The position numbers and the translations under genes are program-made. A model generated the notes under the pieces. It saw nothing but the letters and a program-made list of their open reading frames with translations. It had not been told where the DNA came from and ran no database searches. A stretch of DNA of 64,000 nucleotides from Octopus vulgaris. Its lineage: Eukaryota. The stretch lies in assembly GCA_951406725.2 (NCBI GenBank), contig OX597814.1, positions 149,978,001 through 150,042,000 of the forward strand. The letters are read 5' to 3'. Shown in pieces: positions 36,798 through 48,800 of the stretch (positions are counted from its first letter, which is position 1; each line of letters opens with the position of its first letter).

Positions 36798-36812
36798 TTT
36801 CTAGAAGCTTCT
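36798..36812. promoter_or_regulatory. Heat-shock element 2 in the bidirectional promoter
   Basis: tTTCtaGAAgcTTCt, three perfect alternating nGAAn units. Confidence 0.85.
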
Positions 36813-37000
36813 AAGAATGAATACGGATAATTTGGAGTTACCGACAGGTCATTGCGACTGCGCATTGATACATAAGCCGCGCATGGGAAAGGCCGGTCAT
36901 TGATCCTTCTAGTTATTTACTAGTAAATCACGTCCGAACATTCTTGTCGTCCTGAAGTTTTGTCTGCTTTAAACCAAACCTTGAATTTAGAAAAACAACA

Positions 37001-37003
37001 ATG
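37001..37003 (+). CDS. HSPE1: HSP10 exon 1 coding part (ATG only)
   Basis: aaacaacaATG|GTATGT; an ATG-only first exon is also the vertebrate HSPE1 layout. Confidence 0.85.
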
Positions 37004-40000
37004 GTATGTGTGTTTCATCAATGCATATAAACATCTGATATGTCTATTGATGTGTTTATGTTTCAGCGACCGCTAAATGAATGAGTTATGTAAAAGAACG
37101 TTTCCTGCCCACCTTGTGATAATTTCCACGTGTTCTCTGTTCTTTGTAGATAGATTCTCTTTAAAATTATGGTAACCGGTGTTGGGGTAATTGTTCTTTT
37201 GCTATTATTACCCTAGCTAGGTCCGCTTTTTCAATGGGAAGTTTCGAAGTTAAAATAATAAACAAATTTGTAATCCAACATGAAATAATTTACGCTAATG
37301 TAAATTATTACTCTGTTTTAATTCATTTTTATCTATTCTCCTATATTTATGTAACTCAATCTGTTGCTTTTCTATTCGTCTCATTAAAAAGAAAATGTTC
37401 GATTGGATTTAATAATTAAAAGTTAATTCTTCAAATATATATAAATCTTGAAATATATGCCTCTGTGTAAATAGTGACTTTTTTGTAAGACCTGTGCTTT
37501 TAATTATTTGATATAAAGACAACTATCTCTGAAGTGTTTCATAATATTCTGTAATCATTTTACACGTTTGTTTTCTAAATTTTTAATTACATATTAAAAT
37601 ACTCCCTTAATCCTTTGTTGACCTTTAGGGTACCTTCGCTTGGTGCACACCTTTTTTCGCTATGCATTGCCTTCATGTATGACATTGAATTTTTGACCTT
37701 GTCGAAACTAAGTTAGGGTCTGAAGATCTTTCTTCGTAAGGACGCCCTAAATTAACGCGAACGGTCTACTGAAGCTATTCGTGCATGTAACACTATACAG
37801 CCGTTGAGGTATTAAAGAGGGCTACAACATTTAGGAATACCCTTCCCGTTCGTTATCTTATATAAATATACATTTTTTTTTTCTTAGATTACGTGTTTCT
37901 GTTTCGCCCACGTGAAACGAACTCCGAAACTATCCATTTACACTCATCATGCCCTTGAAAAATTATTTTAATAATAAATGAGACTGTTTCTTTATGCTAA
38001 TTTTATTGGCTTTGTTTTAAAAACATTCCTCGTTTGTGCGATCGAATTCTGTTCCACTGTAATATTAAATTATAAATTAAAGGCGGCGAGCTGGCAGAAA
38101 CGTTAGCACGCCGGGCGAAATGCTTACCGGCATTTCATCTGTCTTTACGTTCTCAATTCAAATTCCGCTGAGGTCAACTTAGAGCCCCACCCCCACCCAG
38201 TTCTCCCAAATGTGTTTAATAAAAAAAAAAATTTTTTTAAATTGCCGAAGACCCCGTTTTCGTATACGGAGGTTCCGGAAAATTGCCAAAAATCAGTATT
38301 GTTAAATTTCGCCCCCTAAATTATTCTTGCCATTCATCCTTTCGGAATCGATAAATTAAGTACCAGTTGCGTACTGGAGTCATCTTATCGACTGGTCCCC
38401 TCCCCCAAAATGTTGGGCCTTGTGCCTGGAGTACAAAAGAATATTAAAATTATAAATTGAAGTTGTCAGCAAGCACATTAGAATTAATCAGTTTTTCCAA
38501 CTTTTACTGGATAATCAACAGAAAAACCTAATAGATCAAATGAAATTAACCTTCAACGACTCGCGTTTTCATATTAAAAAACGAATTTCGGTGTCGAGTT
38601 CTGTAAAGCTAACTTTAAATCACAACCCTTTAAAAAAATAGTGTCCGATAATGAAATTTTAGTGAAGTTGATTTTATTAAAAGTATTATGATAACGTTTT
38701 CTTTTCTTTTTGATACGGGCTAACTGTTTAACTTTCCCACTCACCCCCCTTTATTTATTACGATTTGTGTTATGTTACTGTGACCTTTTTTCTTTTAATA
38801 TCTAATAATGGATCTGCGAACTATATTTTTTTATCTACGGACGTTTTTTTGGGTTAGGTAAAACAATTTTAAGTCTTTTTATAATGAAGCATTACTTGTG
38901 ATAAGGATTTGATCCCCTAAATGATTTTATCACTCGTTAATTCAGGTTTATACAATTTTATCTCATAAGGGTAGTTTAAAGGTCAACTTATCTTAGTTAA
39001 AAATTCTCCGCTCCCGAAAACTAGGTTATGACTTAGATTTACTTAATTTCAGACATTGGACCGCGGCTGTTCTAGGGCACCGTCTTTCAAGGACTTACTC
39101 GGTTCATACCTGAATCGCACCTCTCTTGAAAAAAAAAAAACTTTTTTTTTTATATTCCCGATTCCTATGTTTTAGATATCGGAGATTACGAATATGCAAG
39201 AAAACACGTTTTCAAAATTTTAAATTCAATAAGCATAGATATGTGTATAAAGAAATAGATAGATATGAATGCCTTCCTGGGGATCTAAAAACAAAAGTAA
39301 CTATATAAACTCATGGTCGTTATTAATCTATTTAAAATGAGACAAGTAATTCACTGTATAGACCAGATGTGAAGAAAACTGAGGCCAATTTACTTATTGA
39401 TTAGTTCGTAGGAATTCAGTGTTTGCTGCTAGATTTTAGGACCAGTGGTGGTAGATCAGTGCTTTTTCATTATGATCCATTGCACATGTCGCAGTTCACT
39501 TGGCCACCCGAATATATGAAACAGCAGAGTGCAAATGTTACAATCTTATAGGTAACTGAACATTGTTGCTTATATTGCAAACAGAATGGTGTTAGGTTGC
39601 CAAAACATGCAGAGCTCAGTAGCACCTTGATTGCAGTGACAGCACAGGCTAGGTGGGTTTTTTTCAGATTAAGGATTAAGCAGATGTCTCTGGTTTAATG
39701 TATACTTGACCCAAGTTTTGTTGCTTTGCATGCCAAACTAAGATGAACTAGAAAACTTTAATCCAGCTGATCATGTTTCCGCCAACTGTGTTGAGAACTT
39801 GAAGTTAAGGAGCCTCAGGTTTGGAGATAGATGGTCAGGTCCTGTTTATGTAATGACTTTTCAATGTGAATAAAGAAATTACATCACTTGTCAGTTATTA
39901 GCAAATATATCTACGTGTGAGAACCAATGTAAAAAAAAAAAAAACCATTCTTATCTTAAATACTGTGACTATTAAACAAAATTGTAATTAAGCAATATAG

Positions 40001-43000
40001 TATCAGTGCAGATAGACTCTCTGTTAAATGAATATGCATGTGTGTTAGCACACCAGGCGAAGTGCTGAGTATTTCATCTGCTGTTAAATTCTGAGTTAAA
40101 ATTCCGCCACGGTCGACTTTAACCCTTTAGTGTTTAAACAGACCATATCCAGCACAAATATTCCGTCCTGCTTTATGTTGAAACCTGCCAGATATGACCT
40201 ACAACTACCTTAGAATGTCATTCTAAAAATAAGCAATCACATCATCAAAATCTCAAAGCTATGAGGTAATATTTGATTAATTCAAAGCAATGTGAATAAA
40301 CATTACATTTTGACAAATTAATCTGAATGCTAAAGGGTTAAGCCTGTTTATTAGGGAGTACTTTTCAATGATGCTCTGAAATATATAGGTTTTTGGTGGT
40401 TTTTGATTATCTCTTATCGGCTCTGCTTTAAAGTGGCAGCCAGGTCACATAATCGCTCTAATACACACTTTTCCATGCTTGCATGTGTTGGGCAAAGCTT
40501 AGTCTGATTTTTCTATGGTTGAGTGTCCTTGTTGCCAACTCTCACTTGATTCTGCACAAGGTAATATTTCCCTATGGCCAGATATGTTCTCACAGAATAC
40601 TAGAAATGAGTGACTCGTGTGACTAATGCTCATAGATGACTATCACGCAATGTCAATTCAAGGAGATACACGATGGGCTTCTTTCAGTGTCTGTCTACCA
40701 AATCCTCTCAAAAAGCTTTAGTCAGCCCAGTGTTATAGCAGAAGACATTTGCCCATGGTGCCACACCATTGGGATTGAACCCAGAACCATTTGTTGGGGA
40801 AGCAAACTTTTTACCACACTGTCATGTCTGCACCTAATTATCCGATTTGTTGCACATAAAAAATGAAATAATTAGCAAGGCATTATTCTATTTTCATCAC
40901 TTACTGGGGTGCATGCTCCAGCAAGGCATATAAACCCACATTTGAATTGAAAGTAGATACACCTAATTATAGGCAAAATGCTATTATTACTTAAGCCATC
41001 TTGTTGCTTGCTGTGTTCATCTGATGCTCCCACTAATCTCAGTCCTACTACTACAGATCATCTGCCTTTCTATTTGTTTTTCCTGCAATCTTTTAACTTC
41101 ATAATAATACTCAAATTGAACATCAGCCTATTAATTTCACATAGTCTCAGCAGGCCTTCAAGGGTCATAGATAACGACTTTCTTTGTGATGAGATTTTTT
41201 TTTTTTATTTGGACCTGTTGCAATAAATGCATAGTAATATATATTTTTTTACATTATTAGAAATGTCAAGTCACTGAGTTTACTTGTAAGCAAGCTGTTT
41301 TAAATTAAGATTGTCTTCAAAGTGGAAAGACTAAAAGGTGTTCCTTGGAATTTGGCCACTACAGTGATCTAGTTATGTTGAAACCTGTTGATGATTATGT
41401 ATTACAGTTGTAATTTTCTAAAATATAATTTGCTAATCTGCCATTTGTAATAAATTTATGAATCAAACATAAGACTTTTTATTATTATTATTATAGGCTC
41501 GTGCTTTTAACAAATTTTTACCATTATTGGACCGTGTCCTTGTGGAGCGATTTCTGCCTGAACTAAAAACTAAAAGTGGTCTCATGATCCCAGAGAAGTC
41601 TCAAGGCAAGGTTGTCCAGGCAACAGTGGTGGCATGTGGTCCAGGAGGCAGAGCTAAAGTATGTATTTTCTATTTTTGCATTTTTACTCCCCAGCATCAT
41701 CTGCATGCAGATGATGGGCAGATTGTATGCTGCTTGTATGGGAAGTTCAATACTGCTTAGTGGTGCGGTGTGGGCTCTGAATGTAGCTGTTGTTTGGCAA
41801 ATTGAGTTGAATGAAGCATGAATGTTTTGATGTCAGTGTTAATGAACAATGCAAATGAGCTGAAAGAAATGCTGAGCATAAGGAGAATCAGATGTAGTGT
41901 GCAACAGGGAAGACTGTGTTGTCATGGGTGTGTGATATGTATAGAAGGTGTCAGCTGTATAAAGAAGCATGGGGCCCTCAAAGCAGATGAAATTTATTGA
42001 GTAGGGACTCAAGATGAAGTGTTGAATGCAATCAGAATGTTGAACCCCATGGAGATGACAGGACTTAGATAATTAGTGACACAGTGTCAAATAAAAAATC
42101 ATTGTCTTGTACAAGTATAGTGAAATCAATGCTAAATTTGTTAATTGCATAGACTGGACAGTATGTGTATTTGCACAAACACATGCACACATTCTTTTGC
42201 ATCTCTGATCCAATATACCTCTCCCCTGTCTTTGGTACCCACTTGCTTCCCTATATTCATTCATTTGTTGCGTGACTGATGAAGGCATGGCATCCATCAC
42301 TATTTATTCATCTGTGCTTCTATTACTCTATCTTTTTATTAGCTCTTTCCAGTGACTGTTTCTTTGTACACATGCACACTTATCCACTTCTGTCATCTCT
42401 TCTTACACTAATCTCAAGTATGTTACCTTGAATGGATACAGAATGATGAGTGTTCTTAAAGAATACAAAGCAACTGGTGCCAGGATAAAATGTACTAAGT
42501 ACACTCTGTAAAGTGTTTTTAGTGAATGAATTGAGAAAGTGTAATTAGAAGTCTTTGTCTTGCTGAGAATATTACAACCTCAATAAAATGCTCCCCAATA
42601 CAAAAAGTGGTTGGTTGATAGGAAGGGCATCTACTTGTAGAAAGTAGGTCAGATTTGCAATGTTTAAGTGGTCTGTCAACCCACTTAAGATAGTAACTTT
42701 GAAAAGGAACCAGCTCTCCAACCCATGGAAAGACATGGTCTATTTGAGTTGCAAAGTTAGTTGATAAAATGTTACAAATAAGTTTAGTAAATTGCTGGAA
42801 ATTAAAAGCATTTACTGTGAGATAATCATTGTTGATGGGGACATGTACTTTATATGGATTATGTATGCTCAATAAAAAGATGGCATAAGACTGAAAATGT
42901 TGCCACTGATATTCTAAGCGTTTATTAATTACAGAGTTGAGAAACAAGATAATTTTATCAGTTCTATTTGGATTATTGAAGATTACATGCAAAATATAGT

Positions 43001-45112
43001 ATGAATAATTTACATTTCGAACAATACTGTATTTAGCTGCTATTTTATGCATTTATTTTTGCAATTGTTTTACAGGATGGCAGTACTGTTCCACTTACTG
43101 TCAAGTTTGGTGATGTTGTCCTATTGCCAGAATATGGTGGCACAAAAGTAGAATTAGACAAAAAGGTGAGATGTGTTTTAACTGTTAACCCTTTAGCATT
43201 TAAACCGGCCAAAATATTCTATCCATTTTATTCAAACTGGCCATATCCAACCTATCACACCTATCCTATAATGCCTGATTAACTAAAAACAATGTGAATA
43301 AATAAGCTATACCTCAAGAATTCCCAACCCTTTTTTATCTATGGACCCCTTTGATTGCTATTTTATTCTGGTGGACACCCATAGCAATTTGGTGTTTAAA
43401 ACTAGTTTTACAAGAAACGTTTTCTAAAATTGCTTCATTTTTAACACATTAACTTGAGTAAGCTGAACTATGTAAAATGTTAAAGAAACCTAACTGCTTC
43501 TTGCAATATATATATATCTAAAGCAAATTTTTTTTCGGGGGTCCTTAAAATAAGATTCCAATTTACTTTGTTGCACGGACCCTGGTTGAGAACGGCTGCT
43601 ATATATTAAGAGTAATCTGAATGCTAATGGAAAAAAACTTTTTAAAAACCCGTGTAGCTCCAGTATCTCAAAACTCTATTTTACAGCTTCTAGTTTTGAA
43701 ATATCAGTGATATATTCAAAGTAAAGTTGGGAAAAGTTACTAGGGAAAACTTCTGCTAAAGTTTCTATGGCTGTTTATAAGTTTTCTCTATCATGACATA
43801 TGCTATGGAGAGCAGAATGTTTAACATTTCAGATTCTTTGTCTTCAATGTGAAGTACAGAAAAATAGTGTCATTGGCCTTTTAGCTTTCTCTTCTCTTTT
43901 TAAAGGCCAAGATCCAAAGTTTAGATTTCTCACTCCATAACGGTAGTTAGCCTATGAATTCTCCAACGTAGCTATTTGGAAGGATAAATGCCTAGGTGTT
44001 TGATTAAACGGCGAAGATGGTAGGAATTATCTGTTCCAGTTAATGTCATTGAAAGAGTTACTTCCCTTGTTCTGGAAGTTGAAACTCGAGTTTTCTTATT
44101 GATATTAGCTTTCCTTGTCATGAAAATATCTAGTTGGTGTACTGAGTAGCTGTTGGGATTCACCTCTCTTTGTTTTGTTTTTACCTTTTGGTGGTTAAAT
44201 ACTTAGCTCTGAGAACCTGTGACTATTAAAATAGCAGACAAAAGTAAAATTACAATATTTATTTTAAAAGGGACTCATGAGAAAATGTAGTCCTGAACTG
44301 ATCAGAGGATCATAGCTGAAACGTTTTTGCCTTTGGGTCTTTAAACAATCGCCATCTTCCTGTGACGATCTGTTTTCCACGCTGGCATGGGTTGGACGGT
44401 TTTGATCAAAGCTAGTCAGCCAGAGTTACACCAGGTTCTAGTCTTGTTTGGTTTCTATGACTGCATGTTCTTCCTAATGCCAGCCACTTTACAGTGTGTA
44501 CTAGGTGCTTTGGATCTTTTCGGTTTGACCGGCAGTTTTTTAAAATAATTTCCACGTAACTAAACACTTTTAAACTTCGTATTCTGGTAGAATGTGTTTA
44601 TAAAACATCTTTTTCTCTTGGCTTTATTGAGAAAATTCTATAGTTTGTAAGATATTTGTTGTTTTTTCTTCAATTTCTGAAATTTCAACCAATCAATGAC
44701 GTCTATTGAGGTGAAAACATTCTGTGCCTTATGAACATGTCCCTCGTTTGAGAAACAGATTGGGTTTATTTACATTTCTGAAGAAAAAAAAGATACCCTT
44801 CCCCCCACCCATAACCCTAAAACAGATTGAAATGCAATAGATCGATACTAGGGTCATAATTATGGGTGACAATTTCATATGACACTGCTAGAAAAAACTG
44901 CCTTTCAAACCGAAAAGATCCGGTACTTTTAATGTTCCACCAGCAGGACTGATTTATGGGCTTTTAAACGTTTTTACTCATTTCATTTCTTATTTGCTGA
45001 TTATTTTTGCTTACTATGTTATTAATAAATCCTTGTTAACTGTTTTTATTTTCTTTTGCAGGAATACTTCCTATTCAGAGATTCTGATATACTTGGAAAA
45101 TTTGAATCCTAA
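37001..45112 (+). CDS. HSPE1: Mitochondrial co-chaperonin HSP10 (GroES family), join(37001..37003,41497..41658,43076..43165,45062..45112), 306 nt, 101 aa
   Basis: Translation MARAFNKFLPLLDRVLVERFLPELKTKSGLMIPEKSQGKVVQATVVACGPGGRAKDGSTVPLTVKFGDVVLLPEYGGTKVELDKKEYFLFRDSDILGKFES*; all junctions GT-AG. Confidence 0.96.
40123..40337. mobile_element. piggyBac-type MITE adjoining a SINE fragment
   Basis: TTAA|CCCTTTAG...CTAAAGGG|TTAA. Confidence 0.8.
41497..41658 (+). CDS. HSPE1: HSP10 exon 2 (162 nt)
   Basis: PLLDRVLV and mobile loop KTKSGLMIP; acceptor ttatag, donor AAA|GTATGT. Confidence 0.95.
43076..43165 (+). CDS. HSPE1: HSP10 exon 3 (90 nt)
   Basis: VKFGDVVLLPEYGGTKV; acceptor ttacag, donor AAG|GTGAG. 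Confidence 0.95.
44512..44921. mobile_element. MITE with ~30-bp TIRs and imperfect 8-bp TSD (Merlin- or hAT-like); partial relative at ~55307-55500
   Basis: GGATCTTTTCGGTTTGA...TCAAACCGAAAAGATCC; flanks GGTGCTTT / GGTACTTT. Confidence 0.75.
45062..45112 (+). CDS. HSPE1: HSP10 exon 4 (51 nt including stop)
   Basis: EYFLFRDSDILGKFES*; acceptor ttgcag. Confidence 0.95.
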   Translation, partial: EYFLFRDSDILGKFES

Positions 45113-45725
45113 TGTTGTTTGTTAGTCTAAGGCAGATTCTGGCATACTATTATGTATAAATTAGAACTTGAGAGGAAGAATGACGCTGTTAATTTTATGA
45201 GCTTGCAGACCAGTGACACATGAAGACTTAAGCAAAGCTACATGTTCAAAAGTACTGACATCACCATAACTCGTGTTCAAAATTAACTTATTGGGAGTCT
45301 ACTGGAAGCGATTTGGGAGTGTATTTTTGTGTTTTGCTTGTTATTGAATTTAGAAGTTTACTTTTAAGCTAGGTTTCTCTAATTTTTATTTCCATTGCTT
45401 TGTCTGCTGGGTTTTTTTTTACGTATAAATCTGTTTAGGGAAAAATCATGGGTGCTACCTAAAAGTTAACTTCTACACTTTAATACATTATGTTCATTTA
45501 AGCAAAAACTCTTGAGGCTTCTCACTGTCAGTGCTTGGTCTCTTCCTCTTCATCATGTGCCACAAATCATTGAAATCATTTCTACCTGAAAACAAAATGT
45601 TCTATATTTTATCACTGATTTATAGCCCATTCTAGCATGTGAAAGAACTGTAGAGTTTTTTTTCTTACACGTTGTCAGAAACTCCCAAATATTCTGTACA
45701 TATGATCATTTTGAAGATTGTGATA

Positions 45726-45731
45726 AATAAA
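45726..45731 (+). terminator. HSP10 polyadenylation signal
   Basis: AATAAA about 610 nt after the stop, followed by a GT/T-rich tract from about 45750. Confidence 0.7.
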
Positions 45732-46049
45732 TATCTCAAAATACACTATTGTTTCGCTATTTCTAAATTTCTAAGTTTTTGTGATTTGCCTTTTTTGTTT
45801 TACTTTTCCCTGTGAAAATGGTTTTGTCTATCTATTTACTACTGAAACTTTGCTTGCTGGCTTGTCTGTCATTTAATACAGCCAAACTGGCACATAATGG
45901 AAAATAATCTTAAAAGTAATATACCCCTGAAATGTGAATACAAACAGAATAAAACAGTTTCATGTAAATCTGACTACAGGTTTCTGAGATACAGACTTTC
46001 GTGACTTTCCACAAATTTAAGCAGTAAAGCTTGGAGTTTTTGCCCTTCA

Positions 46050-47230
46050 CTCAACAAATACCATTTAGATGCTGTGGTTTCAGAGATTTATGAGAAAGAA
46101 TTCTGAGTGAGTGGGGGGGAGTTTTGGAAAATTTACATGAGCCAATTTTTTTCCCGCATAACTTTCAGGAAAATGGATTTCTTTTAGTGAAATTTTATAC
46201 AAATACCTTTCCAACGGCATGGATTACGATCCTAAAAAAATTTATGGGGAAACTTTTTATGAGGAGTATTGGATTTGGAAGACGAAATAAGTTGAAACTA
46301 CTGTTTTCACAGATTTTTCTCACTCGTTTTCATCACAGACTTCGAAATGTCTTTATATGAAAAAAAGTTTGGAAAATTTTTTAAATTCTTCACCATCCCA
46401 CTTTGGACTGATTTTGGCCAAGGGAGGAGCCTTTATGGTTAAAAAAAAAAATTGTAAATACTTTCAGAGGAAAAATAGTACAATTCAAGGGAGATTTGGC
46501 TGTTGTTTCTAGCACATCCCAAACCACACTCCGTTTTCACTCTCACATGTATTACTGTTTTCTCTATTTTTCTCCCATTAAACACATTTTGTGGAACAAT
46601 GCTGACGTAACACATGTGGTCCATTAGTGTAATATAAGCAAAAAAAAAATTGTAATTTCAATTTTTATCCTTACCTCAATCAGTCAGTGTGCGTGTAAGG
46701 GAAAGCATTTTCTAACAGAAAAGTATGCTATTAAAATGAATTGTCATTTACATATCACTGGATAAATGCCAGCAATGACCTCAGGCTCTCCAATATTTTA
46801 ATTCATAAACAGAAGTAATTGGGGGCAGGCAGTGAGGTTGCCAAAAAATTTTTTTTTTTTTTATACCATATACATGTATTTATGGGGAGGAAAATATTGA
46901 AAAACATCAATACATTCAAGAGTGAAAAGAAATGGGGGTTACCTTGGGATGTGCTAGAAACAACTGCCAAATCTCCCTTAAATCACTTTTTCTTCTGAAT
47001 ATATTTCTTCCTGATCCAAAACTCCAGTTTTTCGAAACTCATTTTCCCCATATATTTCTTTATCATAATCTATACCATTTGAAAGGTATTTGTATAAAAT
47101 TTCTTTGAGGGGAGAAAGAATTTGGATCATGTGAATTTTCCGGAACTCCTCTCTCTACCACCTCAAAAAACTTTTTCCTATAAATCCCTATTTACTCTGA
47201 ATCTACAACATCTAAGTGGTATTTGTTGAA
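46050..47230. repeat. Degenerate long inverted repeat (arms ~46050-46525 and ~46944-47230) between ~110-bp direct repeats (45871-45980, 47335-47445)
   Basis: AAGGGAGATTTGGCTGTTGTTTCTAGCACATCCCAA / TTGGGATGTGCTAGAAACAACTGCCAAATCTCCCTT; TTTTATACAAATACCTTT / AAAGGTATTTGTATAAAA. Confidence 0.8.
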
Positions 47231-47914
47231 AATTTCATTAAAAAGTAACCATTTTTCTGGAAGTTATGAGGCAATAATGTTGGTGGGGTACACATCTGTA
47301 AGTATGCCAGTTTTGTTTGCATACATGTCTGTAATTTAATGCAGCCAAACCAGGCACATAATGGGAAAATACTCTAAAAGTAAGGTACTCCTAAAATGTG
47401 AATATAAATGGAATAAAACGAGTTTTGTGTAAATTGGACCACAGATTTGTGGGGATTTTTTTTTTTTTTAGGAGTACCTTCATAATTAACCATGCATAAT
47501 GGGGAAAATACTCCGAAAGTAACATAACCCTTAAATGGGAAAATTGATTCCATTAATTTTATGTTTACATTATATAACAATTCCTTTTGCATTTTTCTAG
47601 AAGTGTGTACATATGCCATAAATAAATACTGTTTCTGGAAGTTCAAGTTTATCCACAGAAATTCTATGTCTATTAGATGCTGCAAATAATCAATAAAACC
47701 TTTTACATGAGCTTGTAAACCAGACCCATGATGACATGAATGAACTGGAATATTTAACTGAATCATCATAAAATTAACTCATTTCAATGCAATGCTGAAA
47801 CCAGCTTCAATGTTTTATAACCTGAATCGTCAGTCACCCAACGGGTCTCGGGTAATCTAGTATTCTCTTAAACCTAACAAATTCTTTAAATTCTCAAATA
47901 CTACTATTGGTATG

Positions 47915-48800
47915 ACTATGCATGAAGCCAGCTTGCTCTGATGGATGTGTAATGTCAGTGTGCATACTCGACAGAGTGTTAGTGCCTTGAGAGAGAGGTT
48001 GGACCAAAGAAGCATCAGATGTGGTGTGCAAGAGAGACGACTGCACTGGTATGGCCATGTGGCGAGGATGGATGTGGATAGCTGTGTGAAAAAGTGCCGC
48101 ACCCTAGCAGTTGACGGAACTTGTGGAAGCGGAAGACCTGGGATGAGGTGGTGAAGTATTACCTTCAAAATCTGGGCCTCACCGAGGCATTGACTAGTGA
48201 CCGGAATCTCTGGAAATATGCTGTGCTTGAGAAGACTCAGCAAGCACAAGTGAAACCATAATCTTGTGGCCTATGCCAGGGGTGTAACCATTCCACTTCC
48301 TTCAATGGACACTAAACTCTGCTTGCGAAGACTTGTTGAGGCTAGTGAAATCGAAATCAAATTCAATGACTGGCATCCACGCTAAGAGTACCATACGAGT
48401 GAGATCGGGGCCAGAGCAACAAGCTGGCCTCCGAGCCGATGGCACGTTAAAAGCACCAATCAAGCGTGATCGTTACCTTCATCGCCTTACTAGCACTTTA
48501 GCTGGTGGCACGTGAAAAAACATTTGAGCAAGGTCGTTGCCAGTGCCACTGGACTGGCTCCTGTGCAGGTGGCACATAAAAAGCACCATTTAAGTGTGGC
48601 CATTGCCAGTACCGCCTGACTGACCCTCATGCTGGTGGCATGTAGAAGTATCCACTACACTCTCGGAGTGGTTGGCGTTAGGAAGGGCATCCGGCTGTAG
48701 AAACTCTGCCAGATCAGATTGTAGTGTGGTGCAGCCATCTGGTTCGCCAGACCTCAGTCAAATCGTCGAACCCATGCTAGCATGGAAAGCGGACATTAAA
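47915..48800 (+). mobile_element. RTE-clade LINE 3' end with its 3' UTR/tail (more degenerate relative at ~41730-42090)
   Basis: ERRLHWYGHVARM...GRPGMRW peptide; tail CCATGCTAGCATGGAAAGCGGAC shared with many short copies. Confidence 0.8.

Noticed and set aside
42519-43052. 177-aa minus-strand ORF in HSP10 intron 2
   Set aside because: AT-rich, overlaps decayed repeat sequence, and has no recognisable motif or splice context.
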